A stretch of 63,907 nt of DNA, the filler included, from Gemmatimonadota bacterium (GTDB lineage: Bacteria > 4572-55 > J002), in NCBI GenBank assembly GCA_003697105.1. It is 5 parts of 5 records of this genome, joined end to end, with 100 filler letters (N's around TTAATTAATTAA, not from the genome) between each part and the next. Parts side by side here need not be neighbours in the genome. Positions count along the whole stretch, not along the records: positions 1 to 16,980 come from RFFQ01000175.1; positions 17,081 to 26,755 come from RFFQ01000176.1; 3 more parts are not named here. One strand, 5' to 3'. Both the position numbers and the translations under genes were made by a program. Below the pieces are notes generated by a model. The model searched no databases. It was not told where the DNA came from and worked only from the letters and a program-made list of their open reading frames with translations. Shown piece after piece: positions 9,848 to 19,328 of the stretch; positions within the stretch are counted from its first letter, which is position 1, and the number at the start of each line of letters is the position of its first letter.

Positions 9848-11737
9848 CTATCCTGAAGTGGGCAGATGCAAAATAAAGGTGGTTCCTTCGCCTTCCGTGC
9901 TTTCAACACGTAGTGTGCCGTTGTGTTCCAGCACAATTTTATGAACCAGTGCCAGTCCTAAACCAACCCCGCTTGCTTTGGTGGTAAAAAACGGGTTAAA
10001 AATTTTCGGCAGGATTTCCGCTGGAATCCCATGACCGGCATCGTGGATATGAAGTTCAATCAATTGCTGTTGGGGCAAGGATGTAGCCTGTATCCGAATG
10101 TGTGCGGGGTCACCGGTGCGGGCTTCAATAGCATTGTGGATCAAATTGAGGAAAACCTGACGTAACAAGTTTTCATCACCAGCCAGATGCGGTAAATCTG
10201 CCGGAATCTCCCGTTGAATGACCACCGGTTCCCGCGATTCAATTCCCTTGCACACCTGATCCAGAAGCGTCTCTAGGTTTACAGCGGTTAGGGTCAATTG
10301 GGAGGGACGGGCAAACGCCAGAAAGTCCCGCACGATTATTTCTTGCGTTGCTGCTTCCTTGAAGACGGCATCCAATAGCGCCCGGCGCGGGTCATCTTCC
10401 GCTAATTTTTTTTGCAACAATTTGGCATAGCCGATAATCGCCCCCAACGAATTCCGTAATTCGTGCGCGATACCGGCGGACATCTCACCTAAAGCAGAAA
10501 GCCGCTCTTTGAGGTTGATCTGCTCTTGCAAATGCTTGATCTCGGTGAGGTCGTTGATGAGTAAGGTTGCCCCCAACAGTGTACCGTGATCATTGTATAA
10601 GGCGGAAAGACTCACATCAACCCATATCGCTGGTTTATCCTCAAATTCCAGCAAAACCTCTTGATGTGCCAGAGGTTGATTTTCTGTTAAAATGTTCTCG
10701 ATGAGGGCTTGCAAAGCGGGATTTTGCCGGAAGAGTGTTGTGAAGTGTTGTCCTCGGGCAGCCGCTTCCGTTCTGCCTAAAATTGCTCCGGCAGTCCGGT
10801 TGAAAACCGTCACGTTGCCGGTGGTGTCAAAACTGATCACCCCACTGCCGATACTGCGCAAGATATAATCATTGTAATTTTCGATCCGTTCGGCGCGTTG
10901 TTCTGCCTGAGCGTACAGTTCTCGCAAGCGCTGTTCTTTCTCTTGCAGATCGGCAACCATCTCGCGGAAGGTTTCCAGCACAACGCGGAGGTCGGTCTCG
11001 TTGGTATCCACATGGCGTTCGCCACGTCCGGTGCGGTACTGGTGTGCTTCCTCCGACAGTTGCCGGATTGGGCGCACTGCCTGCCGGATAAACAAAAATG
11101 AAAGCCCTAACCCCACAATGATGCCGACAACCCAGATGATCAGTGTGATGCGCGTCAATAGATCAAGGTGGCGCACGTCACTAATCTCGATCTCCGTCTG
11201 GATAACCCTTTCAATCCGGTTGCTTTGGACATTCATGAGCGGGGTGTAATACGCACGATACCAAAGCCCCTGCACCGGATAGGATTTGGAAAACACCGCC
11301 AATCCTTCCCCCACATAAAAGCGTTGCTCCGCCGTCAACCCCGCCCAAACGGCGATAGAATCTCCCGAGTTTTGCCGGGTAGAGAACACCACGGTCTGAT
11401 TCAAATCCATGATCTGAATATGATCGACTAACGAGAGATAGCCATTTTCCGTGATGAACGTCACGAAGGGGTCAAGTTGATCGGGCGAGGGACTGGCAGT
11501 ACCCCGAAGGAGTGGCACGCGCAGGCTATATTCCCGAATCGCCGTCGCGACCGCCACCAGATTATCATTTTGGCGGGATTCCAACTGCTTCTTGGTCTGA
11601 AAGACGACATAAAACGTGATAAAGTTAATGGTCAGTAAAAACGCCATCAGCACCATCACCAAAAGGCGTAACCGGACGCCAAAATCGGTATAATCGCGGC
11701 TGAGTTGCCAGAGAGACGGTTTGGATTCGGGAGTCAT
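9848..11737 (-). CDS. membrane sensor histidine kinase (periplasmic domain, HAMP, PAS, HisKA, HATPase; NtrB/NtrY-like)
   Basis: two TM helices; AGIAHELRNSL H-box; QVFLNLIHNA; FNPFFTTK..GVGLGL. Confidence 0.92.
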   Translation of the reverse strand: MTPESKPSLWQLSRDYTDFGVRLRLLVMVLMAFLLTINFITFYVVFQTKKQLESRQNDNLVAVATAIREYSLRVPLLRGTASPSPDQLDPFVTFITENGYLSLVDHIQIMDLNQTVVFSTRQNSGDSIAVWAGLTAEQRFYVGEGLAVFSKSYPVQGLWYRAYYTPLMNVQSNRIERVIQTEIEISDVRHLDLLTRITLIIWVVGIIVGLGLSFLFIRQAVRPIRQLSEEAHQYRTGRGERHVDTNETDLRVVLETFREMVADLQEKEQRLRELYAQAEQRAERIENYNDYILRSIGSGVISFDTTGNVTVFNRTAGAILGRTEAAARGQHFTTLFRQNPALQALIENILTENQPLAHQEVLLEFEDKPAIWVDVSLSALYNDHGTLLGATLLINDLTEIKHLQEQINLKERLSALGEMSAGIAHELRNSLGAIIGYAKLLQKKLAEDDPRRALLDAVFKEAATQEIIVRDFLAFARPSQLTLTAVNLETLLDQVCKGIESREPVVIQREIPADLPHLAGDENLLRQVFLNLIHNAIEARTGDPAHIRIQATSLPQQQLIELHIHDAGHGIPAEILPKIFNPFFTTKASGVGLGLALVHKIVLEHNGTLRVESTEGEGTTFILHLPTSG

Positions 11738-11810
11738 ACCATCACCTGTGGGGGTTGTGGAGAGGGGTTTTGGGGAGGACGTTTGCCGCCAAACCCCATC
11801 TTACCGGTGA

Positions 11811-12290
11811 TCATTTCTGCCCGGCAGTACCACGGTTCGAGTCCGGTTGCGGGGAGATAAACGTAGGGGCATCTACCGGTAGATCGTGATGAAAAATCAG
11901 CTCGGCTTCTTGAGTGAGTCCTTCGTAAATGTAAGTCGCAATCACGTGTCGATTTTGATCGGGGTTGAGGTCGGTGTATTTCTCGTGGATGCGGGGTGAA
12001 TAGTGCGGGTCATCAAAAAAATAGATTTTCAGCGTCTGGCGTTTGTTGTGGCGGTGTTGGGATTGCAACATTTTACAAAAGGCGTTGATGTCTCGCTGGG
12101 TGGGCGTTTCAATCGCGTAGGCAATCACTTTTAAGCCCCCCACCTTAAAATAGTCGATCAAATGAAAATCACCATAATCCTGTGGCGGTGGGCGTTCCGG
12201 TAGTAGGTCTCGTCCGGTCAGCCAGAGAAAACTCACCAGCGTCAAGACAACCCAAATGCCTAATGCCCAGCGAATCCGTTTGTCCTTCAT
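11811..12290 (-). CDS. hypothetical protein with N-terminal membrane anchor
   Basis: MKDKRIRWALGIWVVLTLVSFLWL anchor; start uncertain because the ORF extends upstream into a TPR-like remnant. Confidence 0.65.
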   Translation of the reverse strand: MKDKRIRWALGIWVVLTLVSFLWLTGRDLLPERPPPQDYGDFHLIDYFKVGGLKVIAYAIETPTQRDINAFCKMLQSQHRHNKRQTLKIYFFDDPHYSPRIHEKYTDLNPDQNRHVIATYIYEGLTQEAELIFHHDLPVDAPTFISPQPDSNRGTAGQK

Positions 12291-12353
12291 GCGCAACCTA
12301 ATGTTTTGGAGATACAACCCCACGTTACAAAGTACCGCATTACCGACCGGTTC

Positions 12354-12491
12354 ATGCTCAACATAAATCGTCGCCATGCCGTTCAGCGCGGCCAATTCTC
12401 CGGCAATGTCGCCTAGCGCCTGAAAAATCGATAAACTCTGCTCCAGATAAGCGAGTGTCGTCTTATAATCCCCTGGTGCAGCATAAATTTG
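12354..12491 (-). pseudogene. tetratricopeptide-repeat fragment
   Basis: translates QIYAAPGDYKTTLAYLEQSLSIFQALGDIAGELAALNGMATIY; bounded upstream by in-frame TGA (12522-12524) with no ATG ahead of the repeat. Confidence 0.6.
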
Positions 12492-12564
12492 AACCCTTCC
12501 CGCCGGATGCGTTCCAATTCCTCACCGGCAATTTTCCATGTACCAACGGTTTTTTTTGGCATGA

Positions 12565-14697
12565 TTAATCTTCATCCAGCCGGTCTTTATTATCGCGGGC
12601 GATGAGCATCTCCGCCACCATCAACCCCAGCACAATCCAGAGGAATTCCTTCCAGAGTTCGCGCCCGTAGCGGGTTTTGGTGATCGCGCTAGCAAGGTTT
12701 GCCTGCTCCGGCACCAGGATTGCCTGCGGCAGCAAGTCCGCGGTCTGATCCGGTTGGCGGCGGGTCAAATCACTTTCGCGAGTGTCCACATTCACGGCGT
12801 ATTTTGCAATCACGCGAGTACCGACCCTTAATTGGTAAATCCCTGCCAGATCGGTATGGGTAATTTCGATCAAGACATGGTCTTGTTGGATTTTCGGTTC
12901 GATCAGCGTGGTTTGGTCTTGCGGGTCTAGCACTTGCACGGTCTGTCCGAGTGGAATACTGGGCAGTTGGGTGCGGATGGGCATCCCGACCCGATAATCG
13001 GTGTGGTCACCCACAGTGCCGCTTGCCAGATATTGCACGGTACGGTGCATTAGCGGTAGGAAAATCCCTTTAACCGGTAAGTTGCTCCAGACCATATCTG
13101 GATTGCTGCCCATCACCAAAATGGCACCTTTTCCCTTTTTGCCCTCCACCAGCAGGGGAACATTGTTGTTAAATGTTGCCAGAACAAAGGTGTTGGGTCC
13201 GGGCAACAGCGTGAAGGCTTTATAAAATTGGGCTTGTTCCAAGCTACCGTTCTTTTTATCAGCAAAGACCTGCAAAATAGGGTGGTTCACATCCGCCTGA
13301 TCGACCGTGATGTAGGTTTGGTGGCGGGTTTCATCGCCAATAGGGGCGGCGATGCTAATCGGGGCAAATTTGGGTAGGAATTCGCGGTTGTAAAATTGGG
13401 GGTCGATCCGGTCGCCGAGCATCACTAGCAAGCCACCGCCTTGATCGACGAAGTTTTCCAATTGGGCAACGGCGGTGATGGGGAGGTCGGTGACATTTGC
13501 CAAGACAACCGTTTGGTAATCGCTCAAGGATTGGCGGCTAAGGTCTGCCACGGTAATGCGATCTGGCTGGGCAAGAACTTCACTGCCGCGTTGGGGCTGT
13601 AGCGCCACACTCAAATAAAACGCTGAATTGCGAAACGGATCGGCTTCAGCCGGGGGCATATCCTCCACAATTAACACGCGGGGACTACTCTGCAAAGTGA
13701 TCGTAAAATAGTAGCGATTATCCACCGGCAGGACATCATCCGCCAATTCCACATAGCCACTATAGGTGCCTTCTTCTTCAAAAGTGACACTGAGTGCAAC
13801 AGTATTCACCCGTCCCGCTTTGACACTGATCCCCGCTTGTGCGCGCCGTTCACCCTCGATAAAGAGTTGTACTAATCGATCCGAAACATCCGTTTCACCC
13901 AAATTTGCCACTTGAATCCGAAAAACAACCGGTTCACCGAGCCGCAACAGTTGGTTGGAATAATCCACAGCTTGGACCGCCAGATTCTCGGTTTCTTCTG
14001 GCAGAATTGGGATGATGTAAGTCCGGGTGGCGTCGTCCAGTTCCAATTCAAGGGGGGATGCCACCAAGCTATCCCAACCAGAGGCTTGGAGGTCGGTGAT
14101 GAGATACAGTTCCTTATTCAGGTTTTTCGAGGCTTGCAACTGCTCATACGCCTGTACCAGTGCCGGTTTGACATCTGTTGGGCGGTGAGAAAGCGGTGCC
14201 GCCCGAATTTCGTCTTTCAGCAGATCAAAATTATAAGTGGGTTGTTCAAAAACCGGCTGGGGTTGGTCTGCAAACAACGTCAGATAGGCTTCATCGCCTT
14301 CTCCCAATAGTTCCGTGATAGCCAGTGCCTTGCGTTTTGCCGCCGAGAAGAGCGAACCATCCTGCCGGAGCGCATCCATGCTGAAAGAGTGATCCAGCAC
14401 AATGTTGATGGAGGTCTTCGCTTGCGCGATCACGCCGGCGCCAAATGCACCCTTCAAAGTTGGGCGAGCCAGTGCCAGCGCACAGAACAACACAATTAAG
14501 GTGCGCAGGATCAGCAATAAAATCTGACGGACTTGCAAGCGACGGATTCGTTTACGATGGGAAAGGCGCAAAAAGCGGACAGTACTAAAATCAACGGTTA
14601 TCGTCTTCTGGCGACTAAACAAATGAATCAGAATGGGTAAGATCGCGGCAATCGCACCCGCTAAAAACGCCGTATTTAAAAAGGTAATACCAAACAA
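12565..14697 (-). CDS. BatA N-terminal / vWA / Ig-like / glutamine-amidotransferase-like membrane protein
   Basis: PILIHL...FST.RFL...LLLILRTL...ALARP BatA motif; DHSFSM MIDAS; C-terminal ELW..LL...E TM; TTG start after AAGGAG. Confidence 0.88.
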   Translation of the reverse strand: MFGITFLNTAFLAGAIAAILPILIHLFSRQKTITVDFSTVRFLRLSHRKRIRRLQVRQILLLILRTLIVLFCALALARPTLKGAFGAGVIAQAKTSINIVLDHSFSMDALRQDGSLFSAAKRKALAITELLGEGDEAYLTLFADQPQPVFEQPTYNFDLLKDEIRAAPLSHRPTDVKPALVQAYEQLQASKNLNKELYLITDLQASGWDSLVASPLELELDDATRTYIIPILPEETENLAVQAVDYSNQLLRLGEPVVFRIQVANLGETDVSDRLVQLFIEGERRAQAGISVKAGRVNTVALSVTFEEEGTYSGYVELADDVLPVDNRYYFTITLQSSPRVLIVEDMPPAEADPFRNSAFYLSVALQPQRGSEVLAQPDRITVADLSRQSLSDYQTVVLANVTDLPITAVAQLENFVDQGGGLLVMLGDRIDPQFYNREFLPKFAPISIAAPIGDETRHQTYITVDQADVNHPILQVFADKKNGSLEQAQFYKAFTLLPGPNTFVLATFNNNVPLLVEGKKGKGAILVMGSNPDMVWSNLPVKGIFLPLMHRTVQYLASGTVGDHTDYRVGMPIRTQLPSIPLGQTVQVLDPQDQTTLIEPKIQQDHVLIEITHTDLAGIYQLRVGTRVIAKYAVNVDTRESDLTRRQPDQTADLLPQAILVPEQANLASAITKTRYGRELWKEFLWIVLGLMVAEMLIARDNKDRLDED

Positions 14698-14864
14698 AAT
14701 TCGGGTTCTCCTTTGATTGAAATGTCATCGAACGGGGTGTTATACTTACGTATTTTAACGGGGAAATTCAAGGGTAAAATCGTGTGGAATTCACGGGTAA
14801 GCGTGCGAGCTGGGGAAATTCAGCCCCAGCCGGTGACTGCTCTCTTTCAGGGAGATTTTAAATA

Positions 14865-14893
14865 TTGACAATACCTTGCTTTTTTGATATTGT
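14865..14893 (+). promoter_or_regulatory. sigma70-like promoter with extended -10
   Basis: TTGACA-17 nt-TATTGT, preceded by TGn. Confidence 0.5.
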
Positions 14894-15145
14894 GAACCCA
14901 CTTAACCCCGCGTATATTAGCCTACCTTTAGGGAGGTTTAACTCTCATATTTTCCAACAATTTACATATTTTACGATAAGGAGGTGATGTTCCCCAACGT
15001 ACATATTCAATCTGTTGACTTCAAATGGTTTAGTTGGCAACTGATGATTTCATTTTTTGAGTCGATGTCTTGTCCGGTTTCAGATGAAGCAGATATCGGG
15101 CATCCATAAACCCCCAAATTTATTATCCATTTTAAGGAGGAAGTT

Positions 15146-16980
15146 ATGAGCAGATTTGTGTGGCTATCTCTAGTGTTGAGTATCGCACTTGTGTTTGCCA
15201 GTTTTACGAGTTCACCGGCGGAAACCTGGGAAGACGATTGCGGTTACTTTGCTATCGATAGCAATGAAAGTGGTGGTCCCGTATTTGAGTGGGTCGATAT
15301 TAGTGATGTAGGTGAAGAGGTCACCGCCGGTTTACAAGATGATAACTTCATCGGTCCCTTTAATATTGGGTTTGATTTTCCCTACTATTGGTACACCGTA
15401 AGCCAATTTTGGATCGGTTCCAACGGCTATGTCAGCTTTGAACCCGGTCTGCTTGCCCAGCCGATGCCGGCTATCCCCAGTACCCGTACCCCCAACAACT
15501 TTTTAGCCGTCTATGCGGCTGATTTTATTTTCAACGACATTCCCAACTCCCCCAGCAAATGCTACTATTACCACGATACCGAAAATGGTCGGACGATCAT
15601 CTCCTTTGAAGATGTCCGTTGCTGGCTTCAAGAGGGGAATCAAGGCGATCATACCTTCCAGATTATCCTGTATGAAGATGGAACAATTGTGTACAACTAC
15701 CGTGAAGATGAAGGTCCCATCTCCAATAATTCCATCAGTATCGGGATTGAGAATATCACCGGTGATACGGGAATTCAAAATTATTTTGGAGTACAACCCC
15801 CGTCCAACTACTCGATTGAATTTCGCTATCCTGAAGAAATTCAGTGTGAAGTCCATGATGTTGCGGTAGAATGGGCATTGACCGAAACCAACCAGGGGCT
15901 GTTCAGCCTCGTGGGTCAGGAAAACCCGATCTATGTAAGTGTGTTAAACACCGGTACCGAACCCGAAACCAATATTGAAGTGGAAGTGGATGTATTGCAG
16001 GGGATTTTCCTCGATCCGACCGATTACCGGGATCAAATTCAGACCATTGATGCCCTCGAACCGGGGGAATCTGTGTTACTTACCTTTGAAGGGTGGGTAC
16101 CGGAAGTCGAAGATATTTTTGCCGCCTATATCCAAGTGGATATGAGTGGTGATGAAGTCCCAGCAAATAATGATGTGTTCAGTGAATATTCCGCCGTGGA
16201 TTACACCGGGGGAGCAACCCTCTCCTTCTGCGACGATACCAACGAAAGTTCAATTTCGTGGATCGGCGGTGAAGGTAACGGGATGGCGGTAGGCTTCCCC
16301 GTACCCCAGCCCACAAAAGTTAATGCGATTCACTTCTTTGTGTTGCCGGGTCAAGAAGGCGCGACCACTTTTCGTGGACGCATTTATGATGACAGTGGTG
16401 AAGGCGGTCTGCCCGGCAATATTCTGGTAGAGCAAACCCTGCCGATGACGACCAATCAAAATGGCGAATGGGTAACGATGGACGTCTCCGATGAAAATAT
16501 TATTATCAATGATGGCGCGTTCTACGGTGTGTTTGTCCAAGATGGGGATGATCAGATCGGGACGGATCAAGCCCAACCGATCTCCCGCCGGAGCTACGAA
16601 TTTATCGGCGCATTCTCGCCATACCGGAGCGGTGATACCGATGATGTCATGATCCGTGCCGATGTGGAATTGGGTGAATTTGCGACCATTACCGGAACGG
16701 TCACGGCAGAAGGGTCTGGCGATCCATTGCGGGCAAGGGTCTGGGCAGAAGCCACGGACGGTTCAGTAGTCCAAACCCGCGCCGGTGAAGATGGCGCCTA
16801 CACATTGATCGTCTCCCCCGGTACGTGGACGGTCTATGCTGAATTCTTCGGCTATGCCCAGTTCGTCAGTAGCGCCTATACGGTGGAAAATGAAGACGTA
16901 ATCACCCTTGATATCGCTTTGGAAAGCCTGCCAAACGGTATTCTGCAAGGGAATGTAACCGATCTGCAAACCGGTGAAGG
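15146..16980 (+). CDS. large acidic secreted protein (nidogen-like, CARDB-like and carboxypeptidase-regulatory-like domains), truncated by gap
   Basis: AAGGAGG RBS, signal peptide, GPFNIGFDFPYY...IGSNGY motif, ITGTVT...DGAYTL repeat. Confidence 0.8.
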
Positions 16981-17080
16981 NNNNNNNNNNNNNNNNNNNN
17001 NNNNNNNNNNNNNNNNNNNNNNNNTTAATTAATTAANNNNNNNNNNNNNNNNNNNNNNNNNNNNNNNNNNNNNNNNNNNN
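16981..17080. other. artificial contig linker
   Basis: 100 nt of N with central TTAATTAATTAA. Confidence 0.97.
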
Positions 17081-18469
17081 ATTAGTGTGAATGACCCACC
17101 CACACCCAGTTTGCCGGATACCTTTTATTTCCATGAAGATACAACCTTTGTACTCAACCTAGACCCCTACGTGATCGACCCGGATAATACCCCGGATGAA
17201 ATGACATGGCAAGCCAATGTGATTGACCCGGGTACGCTAGGGCTGGCACCCGCTGAAATCCAGATTGATAATGAGCGTACCCTCCACATTACCCCAGCGA
17301 TGGATGCTTACGGCATGGCAACGGTGCGCTTCACCGTCACGGATGATTCCGCCGCCAGTCGCACGCAGGAGGTGGTAATCATGGTCAGCAATGTCAATGA
17401 TACTCCGGTGGTGGCGGCAACCGTTGATACGATTTGGATGTTGGAAGATATGCCCGATGAAAGCCTGTATCTGCCGCCGCTGGTGACCGATGCCGATCCG
17501 GCAGACCAAATCTCGTGGACATGTCAGGTATTGGGAGCGGACCCCGCGGTGCTCACCTGCTCGATTACCCCCACTAACCGGCTTTACCTCGATCCGCAAC
17601 CGGATTGGTACGGTGCGGCAGACGTGCTTTTGGTTGCGGCCGATCTGGCGGGAGCAAGGGATTCCACTATCGTGCCGGTGCAAGTTCAGCCACAAGATGA
17701 CCCGCTCTGCTTCTGCCCGCCGGCGCCGCCCATCCCGGATTTTCTGGATTGTGTGGAAGATGGGCAATGCGAACTGGAAGTTGGCACTTACGTCTTTGAC
17801 CCCGATGGGGATACGGACATCACCCAATGGTCATACCAAATCACGGCGGGCGGTCTTATCGGTTTGCAACGGGTTGATTTTCTGCCCGATTCCCTCAATG
17901 CAGAGCGGGCGGTGTTCGTCTTTGATGAAAATTGGGCGGGCGATAAAACGATCCGCCTGACGGTGGAAGATGGCAACGGGAATTCTACCAGCCATGAGGT
18001 GAACATCCATGTGGAACCGCAGAATGACCCCCCATTTTTTACGAATATCCCAGATACCACGTTGGCGGCGAGTGAGTTAGTACCCTTTTGCTATACCTTG
18101 CGGGCTTCGGATGTGGACGATGATGACCTGACCTTGCATTTTTCGGATATGACGAACCTGTTTGATGTTGACTCCGTTAGTGGGCGCTTCTGTTTTACGC
18201 CGGCGCGGGGTCAAATCGGCTATTATCCAGCAACGGTGTGTGTCTCCGATGGAGATAGCACCGTCTGCGCCGAGATCGCGTTCGACATCCGGCAGGTTTA
18301 CCATCCGGCGGATGTGGATGGCAATTTTCAGGTGGATTTGGTGGACGTGCACCTTGTGTTGCTCCATTGGGGGTCTGCCGATGATGGTTATGACCTTACC
18401 GGCGATGGCCGGGTGGATATTGCTGATCTGCAATTTGTCATTCGGAATCTAGGTGCACCTCGTCCGTAA
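17081..18469 (+). CDS. cadherin-like/tandem-95 Ig repeat protein with C-terminal dockerin-like double Ca loop (5' truncated)
   Basis: repeated VNDxP / EDxxxxL..D.D motifs; ADVDGNFQVDLVD...YDLTGDGRVDIADL. Confidence 0.82.
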   Translation: MSVNDPPTPSLPDTFYFHEDTTFVLNLDPYVIDPDNTPDEMTWQANVIDPGTLGLAPAEIQIDNERTLHITPAMDAYGMATVRFTVTDDSAASRTQEVVIMVSNVNDTPVVAATVDTIWMLEDMPDESLYLPPLVTDADPADQISWTCQVLGADPAVLTCSITPTNRLYLDPQPDWYGAADVLLVAADLAGARDSTIVPVQVQPQDDPLCFCPPAPPIPDFLDCVEDGQCELEVGTYVFDPDGDTDITQWSYQITAGGLIGLQRVDFLPDSLNAERAVFVFDENWAGDKTIRLTVEDGNGNSTSHEVNIHVEPQNDPPFFTNIPDTTLAASELVPFCYTLRASDVDDDDLTLHFSDMTNLFDVDSVSGRFCFTPARGQIGYYPATVCVSDGDSTVCAEIAFDIRQVYHPADVDGNFQVDLVDVHLVLLHWGSADDGYDLTGDGRVDIADLQFVIRNLGAPRP

Positions 18470-18532
18470 AGGGGCGGTTTTCTGAATACCGCTTATCTAT
18501 CCTTAAACTTCTCAAATGGAGGTGATTCTCTT

Positions 18533-18727
18533 ATGCCAAAATGGAATTCCTGCCCCAGTTGCGGGCATCGTCCCGGCAGTGGCCTCTTTAGTGGAAACTG
18601 GTTTCCGGTCTATCAATGCAAAAAGTGCCGTAAAACCTTTTGCCACAAGTGCGGGCTCCGTAATGGAGAGGAATGCCCCTCCTGCGGCTCGCGCGAGAAA
18701 CAAAAAGTAGGCGAAGTGTACCGGTAG
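18533..18727 (+). CDS. small Cys-rich double zinc-ribbon protein (64 aa)
   Basis: GGAGGTGA RBS; CPSC, CKKC, CHKC, CPSC; followed by its own terminator. Confidence 0.8.
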   Translation: MPKWNSCPSCGHRPGSGLFSGNWFPVYQCKKCRKTFCHKCGLRNGEECPSCGSREKQKVGEVYR

Positions 18728-18758
18728 CATCCCCGGTTTTTACGAAAGTTGCTTTCTT

Positions 18759-18800
18759 CAAGCGCTGTGCCCTTTAGCAAGGCACAGCGTTTGTTTTTTA
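18759..18800 (+). terminator. intrinsic terminator
   Basis: AAGCGCTGTGCC-loop-GGCACAGCGTTT then GTTTTTT. Confidence 0.85.
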
Positions 18801-18829
18801 TTGCAATCATGCCGGATTTATGCTACAAT
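18801..18829 (+). promoter_or_regulatory. sigma70-like promoter for the chemosensory cluster
   Basis: TTGCAA-17 nt-TACAAT with TGn extension. Confidence 0.55.
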
Positions 18830-18876
18830 TCCCCTGCTTGTGCTTGTTCGCGTGCTCGGTATAGGATTCTTTTGAG

Positions 18877-19323
18877 ATGCCTGATCCTCAAACATTTCGC
18901 ACCTTTTGCACCTTTACTTTGGATAATACCCGGTTGGGTATTGATGTGAGGCACGTGCGAGAGAGTTTTTATCTACCACCACATTTCACCCAGATTCCAC
19001 TGGCGCCACCGCTGCTGGTAGGGGTGACCGTTTTTCAACAGTCGGTGTTGCCGGTTTTAAAAATTCATTCGTTTCTAAATATGCCGAATTCGAGTCGTAC
19101 GGCGACAACGTCGGTGATTGCGGTTGAAGTGAACGATTATCAAGTGGGTATTTGGTCAGATACCGTACCCCGCTTGCGGATGGTGGACCCGGCCGGATTA
19201 CACGTACCCGATGAGCCACAACCGTATGTGTCGTACCTGTTTCAGCACGAGGAGGACTTAATCTCTGTCCTCGATCTGCCGGTATTGCTTCAGGATGCTC
19301 AACACCAGTTGGAGATAGATTAG
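18877..19323 (+). CDS. cheW: CheW-like coupling protein
   Basis: FCTFTL...GIDV..VRE, TQIPLAPPLLVGV...VLPVL, LISVLDL. Confidence 0.82.
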   Translation: MPDPQTFRTFCTFTLDNTRLGIDVRHVRESFYLPPHFTQIPLAPPLLVGVTVFQQSVLPVLKIHSFLNMPNSSRTATTSVIAVEVNDYQVGIWSDTVPRLRMVDPAGLHVPDEPQPYVSYLFQHEEDLISVLDLPVLLQDAQHQLEID

Positions 19324-19328
19324 CGCTT

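Noticed and set aside
14806-14856. GCTGGGG/CCCCAGC hairpin as a riboswitch
   Set aside because: No recognisable aptamer consensus; a single short stem only
16981-17080. TTAATTAATTAA palindrome within N runs (four occurrences)
   Set aside because: Artificial all-frame-stop contig linker, not biological
15146-18469. One giant secreted protein spanning the first gap
   Set aside because: The two halves lie on different contigs and nothing shows that they join
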